From assembly GCA_038998585.1 (NCBI GenBank), contig JAVZGQ010000003.1:10196-74195 (forward strand): a DNA stretch of 64,000 bases. The letters are read 5' to 3'. Source of the stretch: Candidatus Aenigmatarchaeota archaeon. Lineage in GTDB: Archaea; Aenigmatarchaeota; Aenigmatarchaeia; CG10238-14; SCSR01. Below are positions 63,467 through 64,000 of this stretch, piece after piece (positions within the stretch are counted from its first letter, which is position 1; every line of letters starts with the position of its first letter). The notes below the pieces were generated by a model. It saw only the letters and a list, made by a program, of their open reading frames with translations, did not search any database and was not told the DNA's origin. Made by a program: the position numbers and the translations under genes.

Positions 63467-64000
63467 TCCTTCTCACCCCAGGCATAATCCAATTTCCACT
63501 TCTTCTCTCAATGACTTTTTCGATGATTTCTTTTGGAATTTCAGATACAGCTCTCTTTCCGTCTTTAAGTTCTAACCCTAACAAAGTTGCAATAGAAGCC
63601 AAGCAAAGAGGATCTCTGAGCTCCCAGTGACTTACAGCTCCAGAACAGACTATAATCTTAGCTTTGTATTTTTTGGCAAGCTGTACATTTCTCGCTATGT
63701 TTGCCAAAATTTTCGATCTGCTAACTTTATTTGATATCAATATTTCTCTCAGGTTTATTTCTATGGCAACATCATTTTTTGCTGCAAATTTCACACTAAC
63801 ATGATCTAGACCAGAATCGTTTCTCTGATATTCCGGATGCGTTAAAATGTCGACTTCAGGCGTTTCGCATGCAACTCTGTTCATTTCTATATCTCCTCCC
63901 CTTGCCAAAAGCAAATCAAAACCTCTTCTTTTATCGGCTAAATATTTTAACTCTTTTGTGTCTCTTGCCTCAAATCCTAAATAAACATCGATCCCAACTT
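63459..64000 (-). CDS. rnp3: RNase P protein component Rpp30 (Rnp3); 5' partial, frame open to window edge
   Basis: Contains ...GFEARDTKELKYLADKRRGFDLLLARGGD...VDILTHPE...GLDHV...IEINL. There is no stop between 63914 and the end of the window. Confidence 0.75.
   Translation of the reverse strand, partial: VGIDVYLGFEARDTKELKYLADKRRGFDLLLARGGDIEMNRVACETPEVDILTHPEYQRNDSGLDHVSVKFAAKNDVAIEINLREILISNKVSRSKILANIARNVQLAKKYKAKIIVCSGAVSHWELRDPLCLASIATLLGLELKDGKRAVSEIPKEIIEKVIERRSGNWIMPGVRRIG

Noticed and set aside
1-64000. CRISPR arrays, rRNA genes, transposases or integrases, and prophage-like blocks
   Set aside because: Nothing in the ORF set or the intergenic regions I examined suggests any of these. 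No regularly spaced direct repeats, rRNA-like GC-rich segments or recombinase motifs were noticed. The only mobile-type elements seen are the rad50 intein and possibly the 64-nt psmA insert.

Overview
AT-rich, gene-dense archaeal window. The gene content is typical of a small-genome, probably anaerobic archaeon, possibly DPANN-like; lineage cannot be fixed from sequence alone. All calls come from motif recognition on the ORF translations and manual reading of both strands; no searches were run.

Main blocks:
- 1-3401: a type IV pilus-like locus with a split FlaJ/TadC platform protein and two MKAQI-type prepilins.
- 3402-8447: aCPSF1, proteasome beta, ProRS and a PflX radical-SAM protein.
- 8480-16307: a DNA double-strand-break repair cluster, mre11-rad50 convergent with herA. 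rad50 carries a 435-aa intein in its P-loop. A decayed gene and a PdeM-like phosphoesterase sit beside herA.
- 17230-20040: aIF5B and a rubrerythrin/desulfoferrodoxin pair.
- 20741-24463: a 1240-aa surface protein saturated with N-glycosylation sequons.
- 25127-54369: many aminoacyl-tRNA synthetases (His, Ile, Ala, Leu, Phe alpha and beta, Trp), peptidases, ACS, IorAB and MinD.
- 54454-59203: a translation/transcription operon (S6e, aIF2-gamma, Fcf1-PIN, Rpo7, Spt4, S24e, S27ae) followed on the other strand by aIF6, L31e and L39e.
- 59204-64000: the exosome superoperon on the minus strand (Rpp30, Pop5, PsmA, SBDS, Rrp4, Rrp41, Rrp42).

Most notable observations:
- psmA is split after codon 7 by a 64-nt, two-hairpin intervening sequence that shifts the frame.
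- Both tRNA-Arg genes carry tiny non-canonical introns at position 8/9. One also has an intron at 44/45; the other has a duplicated 5' exon.
- rad50 has an intein in its P-loop.
- SBDS has a conserved N-terminus with no canonical start codon.
- AlaRS lacks the C-terminal domain and is followed by a duplicated linker mini-ORF.

No CRISPR array, rRNA, transposase or integrase was seen.
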